Positions 29,570 to 39,505 of a stretch of 64,000 bases of DNA are shown one piece after another (the stretch's first letter is position 1; every line of letters starts with the position of its first letter). Below the pieces are notes generated by a model. That model saw only the letters and a list, made by a program, of their open reading frames with translations. It made no database searches and was not told where the DNA came from. The translations under genes were made by a program, and so were the position numbers. Source of the stretch: a virus (lineage: Duplodnaviria; Caudoviricetes); the IMG/VR virus record IMGVR_UViG_3300035522_000179, positions 128,001-192,000 of that record, one strand, 5' to 3'.

Positions 29570-30168
29570 TCACCTTTCCTGATTCCGCCATAAATGTGAC
29601 GGTTCGAAATTTTCTCTGATGAATTGTTCGCATCGGCAGTCTGATAATATCCAGGAACGTGCTGTTTATAAGACGGAGAATGATAATTGTTTCCGTAAGG
29701 TTTCTTACGCTGACCTCCATTTCCATATTTCTTTCCGGAATTATGGTTGTCGAATTTCCTCTTCCCCTGGAATTTCTTCTTATACGCTTCTGCCTTTTTC
29801 TTCTTTGCTTCTTCTTCTGCCTTTGCGAACCATTCCATCTCATTTAATAATATATCTTTCAAATAGTGAAGTGAGATATCCGGTGAGTTCATGGTAGAAT
29901 TTTCAAACAAGAGAGAAAGGTTTCTTCCGTTAATGATAAAGGTGGTAATCGCCTGATGATTCTCAAAAACGTAAAGAGCAATCTTAGTATCTTTCTTTCC
30001 GGCTTTCTCATCTTTATGGGATACCCGGAAAATCACGGAAAAGCTTCCTGCAGATTCCTCTTTCTTATCATTTATTTCGGTAGTAATTTTCAGTTTCTCA
30101 TGGGTGTTTAAAACCTTCATCAAATCATTGAGCTTCTCCACCCATGCGTCTTTGTTCATAAGTTTCAT
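29566..30168 (-). CDS. hypothetical protein with basic low-complexity tail
   Basis: 200 aa. Confidence 0.7.
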   Translation of the reverse strand: MKLMNKDAWVEKLNDLMKVLNTHEKLKITTEINDKKEESAGSFSVIFRVSHKDEKAGKKDTKIALYVFENHQAITTFIINGRNLSLLFENSTMNSPDISLHYLKDILLNEMEWFAKAEEEAKKKKAEAYKKKFQGKRKFDNHNSGKKYGNGGQRKKPYGNNYHSPSYKQHVPGYYQTADANNSSEKISNRHIYGGIRKGE

Positions 30169-30205
30169 AGTAATCTTTCCTTTCCTTATTTATTTTCTGT
30201 GGAAA

Positions 30206-30727
30206 TCAACTATCAAAAATAATGTCTTCCGTGTTAAACATGTCAACGGTTACCACGGTACTCTTGCTCTCTACTTTCGCTTTCGCTTCCGAAGGAGTGA
30301 TGTTCCAGGATTTCGCAATGGAATCATAAATGTCTTGCCCGGAAAGAAACTCAGCAAACTTAAGAACAACGTTATTTTCATCAACGTGTGAAAAAGATGC
30401 ATAAACAAGTAAGTTCTCGATGGCATATTCCACGTTGGATCCAAACTCATCCATGCAAGCAATATTCACTCGGTAAATTCCAGGAGGAGTATTTGTGTTA
30501 AGAAGATCTCCAATCTTTGAAGCATCTGTTTCATACCAGATAGCAAGATCTCCTTTCTTTTTCTTCCCTCCAAATCTCCTGTTCAATTCTTTCTCCAAGG
30601 AGGGAGATTTCTTTTTCTTCTTTTTCTTCTTCTTTGAAACATCATTAAAGAAGATATCATGTTTTTTGGATTTCTTTGAAGTTACTACTTTCGTAGATTT
30701 TCCAAAGACTTTGCTGTAATCACTCAT
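30206..30727 (-). CDS. hypothetical Lys-rich protein
   Basis: Start moved to MSDYSK (RBS GAAAGGA), downstream of the promoter at 30760; K8 run. Confidence 0.7.
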   Translation of the reverse strand: MSDYSKVFGKSTKVVTSKKSKKHDIFFNDVSKKKKKKKKKSPSLEKELNRRFGGKKKKGDLAIWYETDASKIGDLLNTNTPPGIYRVNIACMDEFGSNVEYAIENLLVYASFSHVDENNVVLKFAEFLSGQDIYDSIAKSWNITPSEAKAKVESKSTVVTVDMFNTEDIIFDS

Positions 30728-30759
30728 AGATTTAATTCCTTTCGTGGTATTTTTATAGC

Positions 30760-30771
30760 TAAATAGTTGTC
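30760..30771 (-). promoter_or_regulatory. putative nvRNAP promoter GACA-ACTATT-TA
   Basis: Exact motif. Confidence 0.6.
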
Positions 30772-30830
30772 GTTTCATTAATGAAAATTTAGTAGGGGTG
30801 AAGATAAACTCCACCCCGCCGTATGGTCAA

Positions 30831-31391
30831 TCAATCTTCTTCGTTGTCCTCTTCCTCATCATCATCTTCCTGAGGAGAATCATTCATCATTTCTGCTTCC
30901 ACCCGCTCATTCACATACTCATCATGCAGGATGTAATTGATCAAGGAATCCTCCAGATCGGAATAACTTGCTTTCTTGATCTTGGATCCATACATGATCT
31001 TTGCGATCTCTTCCTTATCTGCAGATTTGGAAAGATCGTTCAAATAATCTCTGAAGGTTATGGAATCCTCACCGGGACGAAAAACCGTAGGAAACTGCTT
31101 TGGAGTCTTATACACCAGTACATCATGATCTTTTCCATCCTTACGAAACTCCAAGGAATAAATTCCTTTCGCATCGGACTTTAAGAACTCTCCATAATTC
31201 CCGACACTTTTCCCCTGCTCTTTCTTAGAATCATACTTCTTTAAGTGCTCCTTGTTTTTATTCGGGAACACCTTAGACTCTTTGGAATGAGCAGGTTTCT
31301 TCTTGTCTTTCTTTTTGTCTTTCTCCTTTCCCTTCTTCTTTTTCTTTTCTCCTTCGTTCATATCGAAGATTGACCAATACTCTTTACCCAT
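30831..31391 (-). CDS. hypothetical protein, basic N-terminus and acidic C-terminus
   Basis: 186 aa, RBS AGGAGG. Confidence 0.7.
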   Translation of the reverse strand: MGKEYWSIFDMNEGEKKKKKGKEKDKKKDKKKPAHSKESKVFPNKNKEHLKKYDSKKEQGKSVGNYGEFLKSDAKGIYSLEFRKDGKDHDVLVYKTPKQFPTVFRPGEDSITFRDYLNDLSKSADKEEIAKIMYGSKIKKASYSDLEDSLINYILHDEYVNERVEAEMMNDSPQEDDDEEEDNEED

Positions 31392-31427
31392 TTTCTTTTC
31401 CTCCTATTTTGGGATTTTCTTTATAAT

Positions 31428-33533
31428 TTATTTGGAATACTTCTTAAGAAGTTCTTCCTTTAAATTATCAATTGGTATAATTTCTACTCCTCGTTTGATT
31501 GCCGCAGCGGTCTTCGAGGAAGATACGGATAAGTCAGGGACAACACAATAGGTGGTATCATTTGTAATCGAGTTTACCGTTTTACCGCCAAGGGATTCAA
31601 TAAACTCTTCCATCTCTTTATCCCTAATCTTTGTAAAGCAGACAGTGAATTTTGTATTTGCAGTATTCTCATGATAGATCTCCAATTCTTTCATTAAGAA
31701 CTTAATCAGAGATTTGTTGTCTTTGATTCCTTTGATTAATGCATTGGCTTTCTTTTCTCCAATACCATTGACCAACGTAAGAATCTCTTCATCTCCTGCT
31801 TTTACAATATCAAACAGATCATTGATCGTAAACATCTGAAGAATCTTTGCAAAGTTCTTCTCTGCAAGTCCGTCAATTCCAATTGCTCCAAGAAGTGCAT
31901 AATCCGGAACTCTTCTTTTACTTTCAATCTGGTTTACCCAGTTATCGAACGAAACTTCTCCAAATCCTGGATGATCTACGATCTCATCCTTATGATCTTT
32001 TAAGGAATACAGATCTTCAATCTTTGTTAAGATTCCCATCTCGTAAAGCTCGTCTACCGTCGCATAAGAGATATCCTGAATCCGAAGTTTCACAAGATAA
32101 TTTAGTATCTTACCCTTCCTTCTGCAATCACAATCTGGATTGGTACAGAATAAGAATGCACCTTTTCTTTCCAGTTTCTCTCCACAGCTAGGGCACTTCT
32201 CTTTCGGACGAATCATCTTATTGAGACTCCTGTGTTCTTCACACTCATTATCCAAAGTAGCATACGGAATGATATCATAAAGAATCTTAATCTTATCTCC
32301 CTTTGCTAACTTCAAATACTCCAATCTGTCAATACTACTAAGAGACGCAGAGTTGATCGTATTTCCTTTTAACTTCACCGGTTTTACTTTTACCACTGGA
32401 GTAATTCTCCCAAGAAGTCCTACCTGAAACTCTACATCTTCTACTTCTGTATACGCATACTCTTCCGTAAACTTATAAGCAACCTCAAAACGATTTTTGT
32501 CGTTTGCTCTTCCTAAGATCTTTTGTATTTCCGGATCGATGATATGAATCACTGCTCCATCACAACGAAGCCCTCTGGTAAACCGATGCTCTTGCGCGAA
32601 TGCTTCGATGGCATCAAATGCTCCAAGCTTACAACGAATATACGGACTATCAAATACCTGAGGGCAGAGACTTTCAATCTCTTCTCCTTCCTTCATATAA
32701 CGAAGCTGAACGATCACAAGATAGTTATTTCTTTCATCCGGTTTATCCGAATTTAAGATTCCGGAAACGATTGCTCTAGACTGCTTGTAATCTTTTTCAT
32801 ACATCTTGTTGTATTCAATCACAGAAGACTCTAACATCATTACTTCTGTCTTAAGACCATACGGAACGTTTTCCTCAATTGGTCTTGTTAATCCTTTGAA
32901 ATGTCTGGTGATGTTTTCTGCAGTGTTTAATTTGGTATATCCTCTAGTAAGTGCTTTCTCAATCTTACCATCTTTATCAAACTCAAAGATCACAGAACAT
33001 CCATCCCACTTCGGGAACACATAACATTCCACTTCTTTGAAATCCAAATGTCTTCCCGTTCTTTCCAGATACAATTTCTCGGTAGATTCAATCCAGGATT
33101 CCAAAGATCTTCTGGACTTTGCAGCCTTCTCTTTCGGCTGAGCAAGATAATGAATCTTAGAAAGAGTTCCTCTTAATACCGGATACTTATGATAATCCAC
33201 ATTATCATTTGTTTCATCTTCCAATATAGGAAGTGATACAAATTCTTCTTTCCCATTTAACACAATTAACTCATAGAGCTTATCGTATTCCGTATCCGAC
33301 ATTCCTGTCTCAGATGAGCTATAGGTGTAAATGTAATATGCAATATAGATTGCATCTGCTAAGGTCTGCAATGTGGAATCTTCTAATGCAACTACTCCTT
33401 CATCAAACTGAGAAACCATGTCATGAATAAAATCCTGACTATCTAGTCTTCTCATAAATTTCGAAGCATCTTGTGGCGTAAGGATTCCAGATTCTAACCC
33501 CTCTTTTATCGATGTGAAATCTGCATTTGCCAT
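31428..33533 (-). CDS. ligA: NAD-dependent DNA ligase
   Basis: SDTEYD, PKWDG adenylation Lys, DGAV, AYKF, QVG..GRITPV, C4 Zn finger, HhH repeats, BRCT; start MANADF (RBS AGGAGG). Confidence 0.95.
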   Translation of the reverse strand: MANADFTSIKEGLESGILTPQDASKFMRRLDSQDFIHDMVSQFDEGVVALEDSTLQTLADAIYIAYYIYTYSSSETGMSDTEYDKLYELIVLNGKEEFVSLPILEDETNDNVDYHKYPVLRGTLSKIHYLAQPKEKAAKSRRSLESWIESTEKLYLERTGRHLDFKEVECYVFPKWDGCSVIFEFDKDGKIEKALTRGYTKLNTAENITRHFKGLTRPIEENVPYGLKTEVMMLESSVIEYNKMYEKDYKQSRAIVSGILNSDKPDERNNYLVIVQLRYMKEGEEIESLCPQVFDSPYIRCKLGAFDAIEAFAQEHRFTRGLRCDGAVIHIIDPEIQKILGRANDKNRFEVAYKFTEEYAYTEVEDVEFQVGLLGRITPVVKVKPVKLKGNTINSASLSSIDRLEYLKLAKGDKIKILYDIIPYATLDNECEEHRSLNKMIRPKEKCPSCGEKLERKGAFLFCTNPDCDCRRKGKILNYLVKLRIQDISYATVDELYEMGILTKIEDLYSLKDHKDEIVDHPGFGEVSFDNWVNQIESKRRVPDYALLGAIGIDGLAEKNFAKILQMFTINDLFDIVKAGDEEILTLVNGIGEKKANALIKGIKDNKSLIKFLMKELEIYHENTANTKFTVCFTKIRDKEMEEFIESLGGKTVNSITNDTTYCVVPDLSVSSSKTAAAIKRGVEIIPIDNLKEELLKKYSK

Positions 33534-33560
33534 TTCTTTCCCTCCTTTTAATCTAAGTAA

Positions 33561-33568
33561 ATAATATA
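33561..33568 (-). promoter_or_regulatory. putative early promoter TATATTAT
   Basis: Exact motif 28 nt upstream of the ligase ATG. Confidence 0.65.
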
Positions 33569-33593
33569 TTCTTAAAATGAAATACATAAAAAA

Positions 33594-33629
33594 TTAGTTG
33601 GATTCCATAAAAATACGGAATCCAACTAA
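33594..33629 (-). terminator. intrinsic terminator
   Basis: TTAGTTGGATTCC / GGAATCCAACTAA. Confidence 0.75.
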
Positions 33630-33633
33630 AAAA

Positions 33634-34380
33634 TTATTCGTCGCTTGATTTACGATATTTTATTTCTCCATTATATCCATACAGTTGTAGGTTCTTTAAG
33701 ATGATTGCAGCGGTAGAAGGACTTTGTTGTTTTCCAATCTCCAACGTATAAAGCCCATCACTTGCTTTGATATACATATCATCCATACTAAAATTCTTAT
33801 CTCTTAGATCAGACCTAAGCTGTATGATTTCGGATTTACTTGTAGAGGATTTTACTCTCACATAGTAATACTTATTATTTCCACCGGCTTGCCATTCTGG
33901 GTTTCCTTTTCTGGTTCTCTCGATCTCACGAATGATTTTATTGAAATCATAAACGGTAAAATTCGTAAGTTCATCATACTTCCAAAAGCTAAACAAATCT
34001 TCCGTGGTTTTAATCTTTCCAGCAGGAACTCTTCGGTACAAATTGGAATGAGGTTTATCCGTAACATACTCTTCTGAATAACCTCTCTTTAAAATTTCCA
34101 TTTGTGCAATGATACAGTTTTCAATGGAATCAAAACCTTCCATAAAGGTTCCTTCTTCTTGTAAACCGATTCCAACCAGATTATTATCCATAATGCGGTT
34201 GTTGAAATAATTTGTATAAATCAAAGACATTGCATAAGCAACATCTACTTTGATATTAAACTCCACTGCATAAGTGATATATAAATTCAGGATGTCTTCC
34301 TGATAAAAATTATTTGTTTGTGAATACTTGACCAACTGGTATTCTGTAGCAGAACTTGGTCCAATAATCGATATACTCAT
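33634..34380 (-). CDS. GH73 glucosaminidase-like domain (apparently inactive) + SPOR-like domain
   Basis: IIG.S.AT..Q, DVAYAMSLIYTNYF (cf. AFAQ..LETG.F), NNLVGIG, FDS..CIIAQ; C-terminal YYVRV..YTLEIG..L..GY.G. Confidence 0.6.
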   Translation of the reverse strand: MSISIIGPSSATEYQLVKYSQTNNFYQEDILNLYITYAVEFNIKVDVAYAMSLIYTNYFNNRIMDNNLVGIGLQEEGTFMEGFDSIENCIIAQMEILKRGYSEEYVTDKPHSNLYRRVPAGKIKTTEDLFSFWKYDELTNFTVYDFNKIIREIERTRKGNPEWQAGGNNKYYYVRVKSSTSKSEIIQLRSDLRDKNFSMDDMYIKASDGLYTLEIGKQQSPSTAAIILKNLQLYGYNGEIKYRKSSDE

Positions 34381-34406
34381 ACAGGCATTCTTCCTTTCAT
34401 GTTGAT

Positions 34407-34418
34407 TAAAAAAATGTT
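34407..34418 (-). promoter_or_regulatory. putative late promoter AACA-TTTTTT-TA
   Basis: Exact motif. Confidence 0.65.
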
Positions 34419-34503
34419 TTTTCACTGTTTAAATACAAAAAAAGAAGAGGCTGAAAATCAACCCCTCCTTTCTTTTGCTTGCTTCAAGAGCTAGCACGGA
34501 TCA

Positions 34504-34788
34504 TCACTCAGCAAACTCGTCATCACCGATAACCTGGTTTGCAAGGTCCTGCATCTTCTTCTCCTCCTCCTTCCTCTTCTTGCACTCATCATTGGCTAAT
34601 CTCACCTGATGGCGGAATGCTTCAATGCAAGACCAGAAGAAGATGGAGCCAGCAGCAGTTAAAGCCAAGTCGAAGACCAAATGCCGATCACGAAAAGCCC
34701 TAACGCCAGACTTGTTAGCTGCAGAGCGCGCATTTGTTACATCACAAAGCTCACGATAATCCTTTACAAAATCCTTCATCTTACTCAT
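34504..34788 (-). CDS. small early membrane protein
   Basis: Start MSKMKD (RBS GGAGG); one TM segment. Confidence 0.6.
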   Translation of the reverse strand: MSKMKDFVKDYRELCDVTNARSAANKSGVRAFRDRHLVFDLALTAAGSIFFWSCIEAFRHQVRLANDECKKRKEEEKKMQDLANQVIGDDEFAE

Positions 34789-34880
34789 AATCATTTCCCT
34801 CCATGATTGAATAAATTCCAGAATCGTTCGTAAACCTACTAGATATTCTGGTTGGTATGTAATATGAAATTTCATTCTGA

Positions 34881-34888
34881 ATAATATA
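34881..34888 (-). promoter_or_regulatory. putative early promoter TATATTAT (variant TATATCAT at 34925-34932)
   Basis: Exact motif. Confidence 0.55.
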
Positions 34889-34975
34889 ACTTTCTCAAGG
34901 CTATATTTATTCGAATTCACAATAATGATATATCAATGATAAAAATGACTTTACGCCTATTTTAAATCAAAAAAA

Positions 34976-34987
34976 AACAATTCTTTA
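34976..34987 (+). promoter_or_regulatory. putative late promoter AACA-ATTCTT-TA
   Basis: Exact motif. Confidence 0.7.
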
Positions 34988-35013
34988 ATATTGATACTGT
35001 GAGGGATTATACT

Positions 35014-36117
35014 ATGGACCAAGAAAAAATTTACGAAATGTTGGAGTCTTGTAAATCGTTAAAAGAAGCAAGAGAACTTGCTTCGAAAGTAAAGAAACTC
35101 GCAAGTAAATATGATGCGAATTTTTATTTTGTTACAGATGGCGCTTCCTGTACATCCAATAAAGGAAATGAAGCAGTAAAGGTTGCCAGAGATGCTGTAG
35201 CAAAATGGGAAAAAGATCACGGATTTGACGATAAAGAAGACTGGAGTAAAAATCCAGATGACTTCTCAAATTATCGTTTGAAAAAAGAATCAGAAAACTT
35301 AGGAGGTCTTGAGATGTCGTACTTATACGATGATGATTACGATCTTTATGAAGAAGATGTGAAGAAAACAATTGGTCAGACCTATGTTAAAGGAAAAGAG
35401 ACAGTTTCTAAAGTAAAAAGTAATGTTAAAGATGGATATGAGAATGTAAAGAACTCCCCTGCTGGTGTGGTTGTAAAACCGATAGCATCTGCCGGAAAAG
35501 GAATTTCAAGAGCTCAGATGGGTGCTAGATATGGTGTAGGAAAAGTAGCGGCTACTGTTGCAACTCCCATTGTAAAAGCTCAAGTGGAGAAGGATGTAAA
35601 AAGTGGAAAAATTTTGGAAGATGACAAGTATGAAGAGCTGAAGAAAAAACTGCAGATTGTCGCTGATTCTGCTTTTATTGCAGCTACTGCATTTGAGCAG
35701 TTTTTGATTCCCGGACCTTTAAATCCTATTTTGTATACCATGGATGCGATTGCTAGATCTTACATTAAATCTCCGGAAGAAAAAGATAAAAATATGAAGA
35801 ATTGTGTAACTGCATATTTCGCACTTTTCGCTACTATTAAAAAAGCACTTGAAAAAATTAAAAAGACGAAAGAGCTTCCGTCTCAGGAACAAAGAATGAC
35901 ATGGATTCAGAAATTGGATAAGACTTTAATGACTTGGGCAAATCGTGGAAATGATAAACCGGTTCAGTTTAAGCCAATGAAAGGACCTGAATACAAGAAA
36001 GCGACTTTCAAAAAGAGTGCTCCAGAAGAAGTAAAAGAAGCTGCTATGGTAGAAGTCTATGAAAGTGGTTATATTTCAAAAGAAGAGAAACTTTATCTGT
36101 TAGAATCCCTTCGATAA
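35014..36117 (+). CDS. putative internal head protein with divergent C-terminal YES-GxIS tag; internal start at 35314
   Basis: Leader MDQEKIYEMLES; ends EAAMVEVYESGYISKEEKLYLLESLR. Confidence 0.65.
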   Translation: MDQEKIYEMLESCKSLKEARELASKVKKLASKYDANFYFVTDGASCTSNKGNEAVKVARDAVAKWEKDHGFDDKEDWSKNPDDFSNYRLKKESENLGGLEMSYLYDDDYDLYEEDVKKTIGQTYVKGKETVSKVKSNVKDGYENVKNSPAGVVVKPIASAGKGISRAQMGARYGVGKVAATVATPIVKAQVEKDVKSGKILEDDKYEELKKKLQIVADSAFIAATAFEQFLIPGPLNPILYTMDAIARSYIKSPEEKDKNMKNCVTAYFALFATIKKALEKIKKTKELPSQEQRMTWIQKLDKTLMTWANRGNDKPVQFKPMKGPEYKKATFKKSAPEEVKEAAMVEVYESGYISKEEKLYLLESLR

Positions 36118-36118
36118 A

Positions 36119-36156
36119 TAATGAGACTAGTTGGAAATATCCAACTAGTCTCATTT
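36119..36156. terminator. bidirectional terminator
   Basis: AATGAGACTAGTTGGA / TCCAACTAGTCTCATT. Confidence 0.85.
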
Positions 36157-36161
36157 TATTT

Positions 36162-37169
36162 TTACACTACATGGAGTGCGGTTTTGTAGGACTTGCCTTT
36201 TGCAGTCCATTCTTTATCCGGATTTTTTAATTTTACGATATTACTCTGATACAAAGCAGTTGCTTTCGCCATTCCATTTCCAAAGACAGGTGTCTTTCCG
36301 GAATCTGCTTCAATGCTTCCAGTATAATATCCCATGGTTTTCATCAGTCTCTCAAGAGCAGTAACCGACTTGTGACTCTTATTCTTGGAAGTGCTGATGG
36401 TGACTGTTTTTTCCAGTACCTCTTTTGCAGTTCCATTGGGAAGTCCAAGAAGACTTGCCATCTCTTTGTAGAAACCAGTCGATACATAATCCGTAGCAGT
36501 TTCTTTCTCTTCAGTTGTCTTTATAGCAACGGTAGCAGTCTCCAAAGCTTTTGCTTCGATATCGACATACCACTCATTCAAATCTACCACACCGGAAATT
36601 CCGTTTACGACACCAGAAGAAGACCACTGCCATCCATAAATCGTTTTGTTAAGACTAGGACGCTTACTAGCGTCAGGATCTTTCTCATTATCTACTTTTG
36701 CACTTGAGGGGTACTTTGCAACCCAGAACGGGTAGTCCAGTTCACTCTCATACTGCTTCAAGTAAGAGTTGTAGAAGGAAATATAGGTGTAAACACCAAA
36801 TTCCAACCCAGCCGCTTTAATGACTTTTCCATACTCTTTGATTCCCTCAACCAACGTATGACCAAGGGTTCTAAGGGACTGATCCTCAATATCAATCCAT
36901 ACCATTGTCTTTCTTCCGTTCAAAATCTTAACAACTGCTTCTGCATCGGTTTTGAACTTCGCAACAGTGGTAGCATACGAATAGTTGTAAACACCTTGAA
37001 TAGGAACTCCCTGATTCGTGAATCCCTCCCAGTGAGTTTCAAACAACTTATCCGGGTTTAAGTCTTTACGAATAACCTTCAAGATAACAAAATCCACGTT
37101 ATCTTTTGCAGCCGCTTCGTAATCTTTTACTACGTTATAACAGCTTAAGTCAATACCTTTGTAGGTCAT
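36162..37169 (-). CDS. GH25 muramidase endolysin with C-terminal PG-binding-like domain
   Basis: KGIDLS, WIDIE, WVAKY, WQWSS.G.V.GI...VDLN. Confidence 0.9.
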   Translation of the reverse strand: MTYKGIDLSCYNVVKDYEAAAKDNVDFVILKVIRKDLNPDKLFETHWEGFTNQGVPIQGVYNYSYATTVAKFKTDAEAVVKILNGRKTMVWIDIEDQSLRTLGHTLVEGIKEYGKVIKAAGLEFGVYTYISFYNSYLKQYESELDYPFWVAKYPSSAKVDNEKDPDASKRPSLNKTIYGWQWSSSGVVNGISGVVDLNEWYVDIEAKALETATVAIKTTEEKETATDYVSTGFYKEMASLLGLPNGTAKEVLEKTVTISTSKNKSHKSVTALERLMKTMGYYTGSIEADSGKTPVFGNGMAKATALYQSNIVKLKNPDKEWTAKGKSYKTALHVV

Positions 37170-37173
37170 AATC

Positions 37174-37560
37174 TTACTCCTCCGTAGTCTCTTCTGTCTC
37201 TGTACTCGTTACGGAATTATTAATCTTTCCATCATCCAGAAGATCCTTTACTGCAACAAACCACTTCTGAATAATAACTCGCAAGGTATCCTCACTTACA
37301 AAGACCTGAACATACTTGGGAAGAAGGGAATAGGCGGATGTAACAACCCAATCCATCTTCTTCACACCTGCTCCAGACTCAGTGAAAGACTTCTCTGCCT
37401 GAAGGAATAATTTATAAACATCCTCTCTGATGTCATTGATGGATTTGTTTCTAAGATACAGATACCCCAGAAGCAAAACAATCACAATCGCACCAACGAT
37501 GACGCCTACAACGGTAACATCTGTGTTTGTAGTAACGGTATCAATGATTGACTGAATCAT
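37174..37560 (-). CDS. holin (LL-H-like)
   Basis: One N-terminal TM, AE....G.G..K..WV motif, directly upstream of the lysin. Confidence 0.75.
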   Translation of the reverse strand: MIQSIIDTVTTNTDVTVVGVIVGAIVIVLLLGYLYLRNKSINDIREDVYKLFLQAEKSFTESGAGVKKMDWVVTSAYSLLPKYVQVFVSEDTLRVIIQKWFVAVKDLLDDGKINNSVTSTETEETTEE

Positions 37561-37603
37561 AATGATTACCTCCTTATAAAAATAAATTTATCCCTCTTGG
37601 GAT

Positions 37604-37615
37604 TATGTAATTGTC
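37604..37615 (-). promoter_or_regulatory. putative late promoter GACA-ATTACA-TA (lysis operon)
   Basis: Exact motif. Confidence 0.65.
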
Positions 37616-37696
37616 TGAGATTTATCTTCTTAGATTTGATAGATTTGACCCCGAAAAACAATCTACTTAATATAGAAGAAAGGTGGAAACTAAGAG

Positions 37697-38674
37697 ATGA
37701 TAGGAACAAACTATGATTCTTCTGTTTTTATGGAAGCATCCATGTCAGACTCTTTTATATATGGACTATTTAATTCCTCCGGTGAAATTCAAAAAAGAAT
37801 TTTGCAGGCATTAAAAGAAGGAATTCCCCTTGGAGAAAGTTATATCGAAGAACAGCTTCTTCAGATGGAGAGAAGTCGTATTTCTCCATTACTGAGTAAA
37901 GTATTGGAAGCTTATAAAGACGGATACGTTCGTTTGGTGTATTGGAAGTCTACTACCCAAAAGATGACGAAGTCCATTCCGTTTGTACTTCACAAATCTC
38001 AAAATGGACCTGTGGTAAGTATCTTTATCAGTTCTTTTGGAAAATTGACTGCTGACGAAACCAGATTAAATATTGATATGAAGACGCTTTATATCTTAAT
38101 GGAAGCTGGATTCGTTGCTTTGAATCTACAGATTCGACCAAATGTATTTAAAAGAAATACCACGATCATGCGTTGTTGTAATGAAGTGTACACGAATATG
38201 TTCATGCGAGTTTTAAACCGAGACTATGCATTGTCTTTGGACACTGCGCTTCATGATAAAGTATCCTTTACCATATCCAAATTCTTCTTGGATAATATCT
38301 GGGAACTTGGAAATTCAGATATGTCAACAAACTATGCATTGCAGACAACAACTGAAAAGAATCTACAGAGTTTGGATTTAACGTTGGCAGATTATCAGAA
38401 TGCAAAAGCTACGACCGTGGAAGAACTCTTTGGTGTATTAAAACAGATCTCTCCTAGAATGCAATCTCTTACGGTGCGGTATTTTGTAGAGAGATTCTTA
38501 AATACGTATGGTGGATCTTCCATTCTTGCAATTGATTATTTACCTTATGTATTTTTTATGATTCAGAATACCCTTGCTGGTGGATTCTTAGTAAGTCAGA
38601 CAACCTTGTCCGATATTGTAAAGAATACGAAAGACATAAGAAAGTTCTATCCAGAACTTTCCAAATCTGTTTAA
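37697..38674 (+). CDS. putative virion structural protein
   Basis: Promoter variant AACA-N7-TA at 37657; leader ending FMEA; upstream of the tail-fibre-like genes. Confidence 0.55.
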   Translation: MIGTNYDSSVFMEASMSDSFIYGLFNSSGEIQKRILQALKEGIPLGESYIEEQLLQMERSRISPLLSKVLEAYKDGYVRLVYWKSTTQKMTKSIPFVLHKSQNGPVVSIFISSFGKLTADETRLNIDMKTLYILMEAGFVALNLQIRPNVFKRNTTIMRCCNEVYTNMFMRVLNRDYALSLDTALHDKVSFTISKFFLDNIWELGNSDMSTNYALQTTTEKNLQSLDLTLADYQNAKATTVEELFGVLKQISPRMQSLTVRYFVERFLNTYGGSSILAIDYLPYVFFMIQNTLAGGFLVSQTTLSDIVKNTKDIRKFYPELSKSV

Positions 38675-38691
38675 GAAAGGAATAAGAGAAA

Positions 38692-39357
38692 ATGAAAAAT
38701 TTGTTATCCGGTTTTTTATTAACTCGTGATAAAAATACAGAAACCTTAAAACCGATGGTTTTAAGAGTACTTGCACGTTGTGTTTATTTCCCAGATGGAA
38801 ATACACTTCTTGATAAATGGAACGAATATGTTTCCGCTGGGGTTACGGTTGTTCACAGTTCCGAAGTTGCTTCCTACGATAGCAATTCTTATAATTGGTC
38901 ATGTCTTACTTATGGAAGTGAGAAGTACCAACTGAGTGGACATTTCCGCCCGAGTATTGCAAATCAATATAAGGAAATCACAAATCCAGCTGCAGAGCAT
39001 GGAAGTAGTATTTCCATTACGAAAACCAATTCGGATGGATCCACTACACAAGAAGAGATTCCTTATGGAACGACTGGTGAAATTCATCAGTATCAATTCG
39101 TTCTTCCTCTTCCTTCCAAATTTGCTAATGGGAAGAATTATGATTACGAAGATGCAACGGTGATTGTAACGGAAGGACCTGATTCCAACTTTATTAAAAA
39201 CCATACATTCCATAATGTAGCAGTAGAGCAAAAAGATGGATCTCTTTTAATCTGTGTAAATCATTACAATGGTTTGGATGGAATTGATCTTGATGCCCTT
39301 CCTTATATCACTGGAGATTTTAATGTCTATGTAGATGGACTGTTTTTAAATGTATAA
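38692..39357 (+). CDS. putative tail-associated protein
   Basis: 221 aa, beta-rich, adjacent to the fibre genes. Confidence 0.5.
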   Translation: MKNLLSGFLLTRDKNTETLKPMVLRVLARCVYFPDGNTLLDKWNEYVSAGVTVVHSSEVASYDSNSYNWSCLTYGSEKYQLSGHFRPSIANQYKEITNPAAEHGSSISITKTNSDGSTTQEEIPYGTTGEIHQYQFVLPLPSKFANGKNYDYEDATVIVTEGPDSNFIKNHTFHNVAVEQKDGSLLICVNHYNGLDGIDLDALPYITGDFNVYVDGLFLNV

Positions 39358-39364
39358 TACCTAG

Positions 39365-39429
39365 GATGTTTTGAAATGATGGGAACTACTGGAAAACCAG
39401 CCAAGCCCTCATTTCAAAACATTCTTTTA
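39365..39429 (+). promoter_or_regulatory. hairpin (terminator-like) whose 3' arm contains late promoter AACA-TTCTTT-TA (39418-39429)
   Basis: ATGTTTTGAAATGA / TCATTTCAAAACAT inverted repeat. Confidence 0.6.
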
Positions 39430-39505
39430 ATGTGAAAACCATAAGAAATTCAAAATTATGGTACGAAATATATAGGAATTTATTCATAAGGAGGTCTTTA
39501 AAAAT

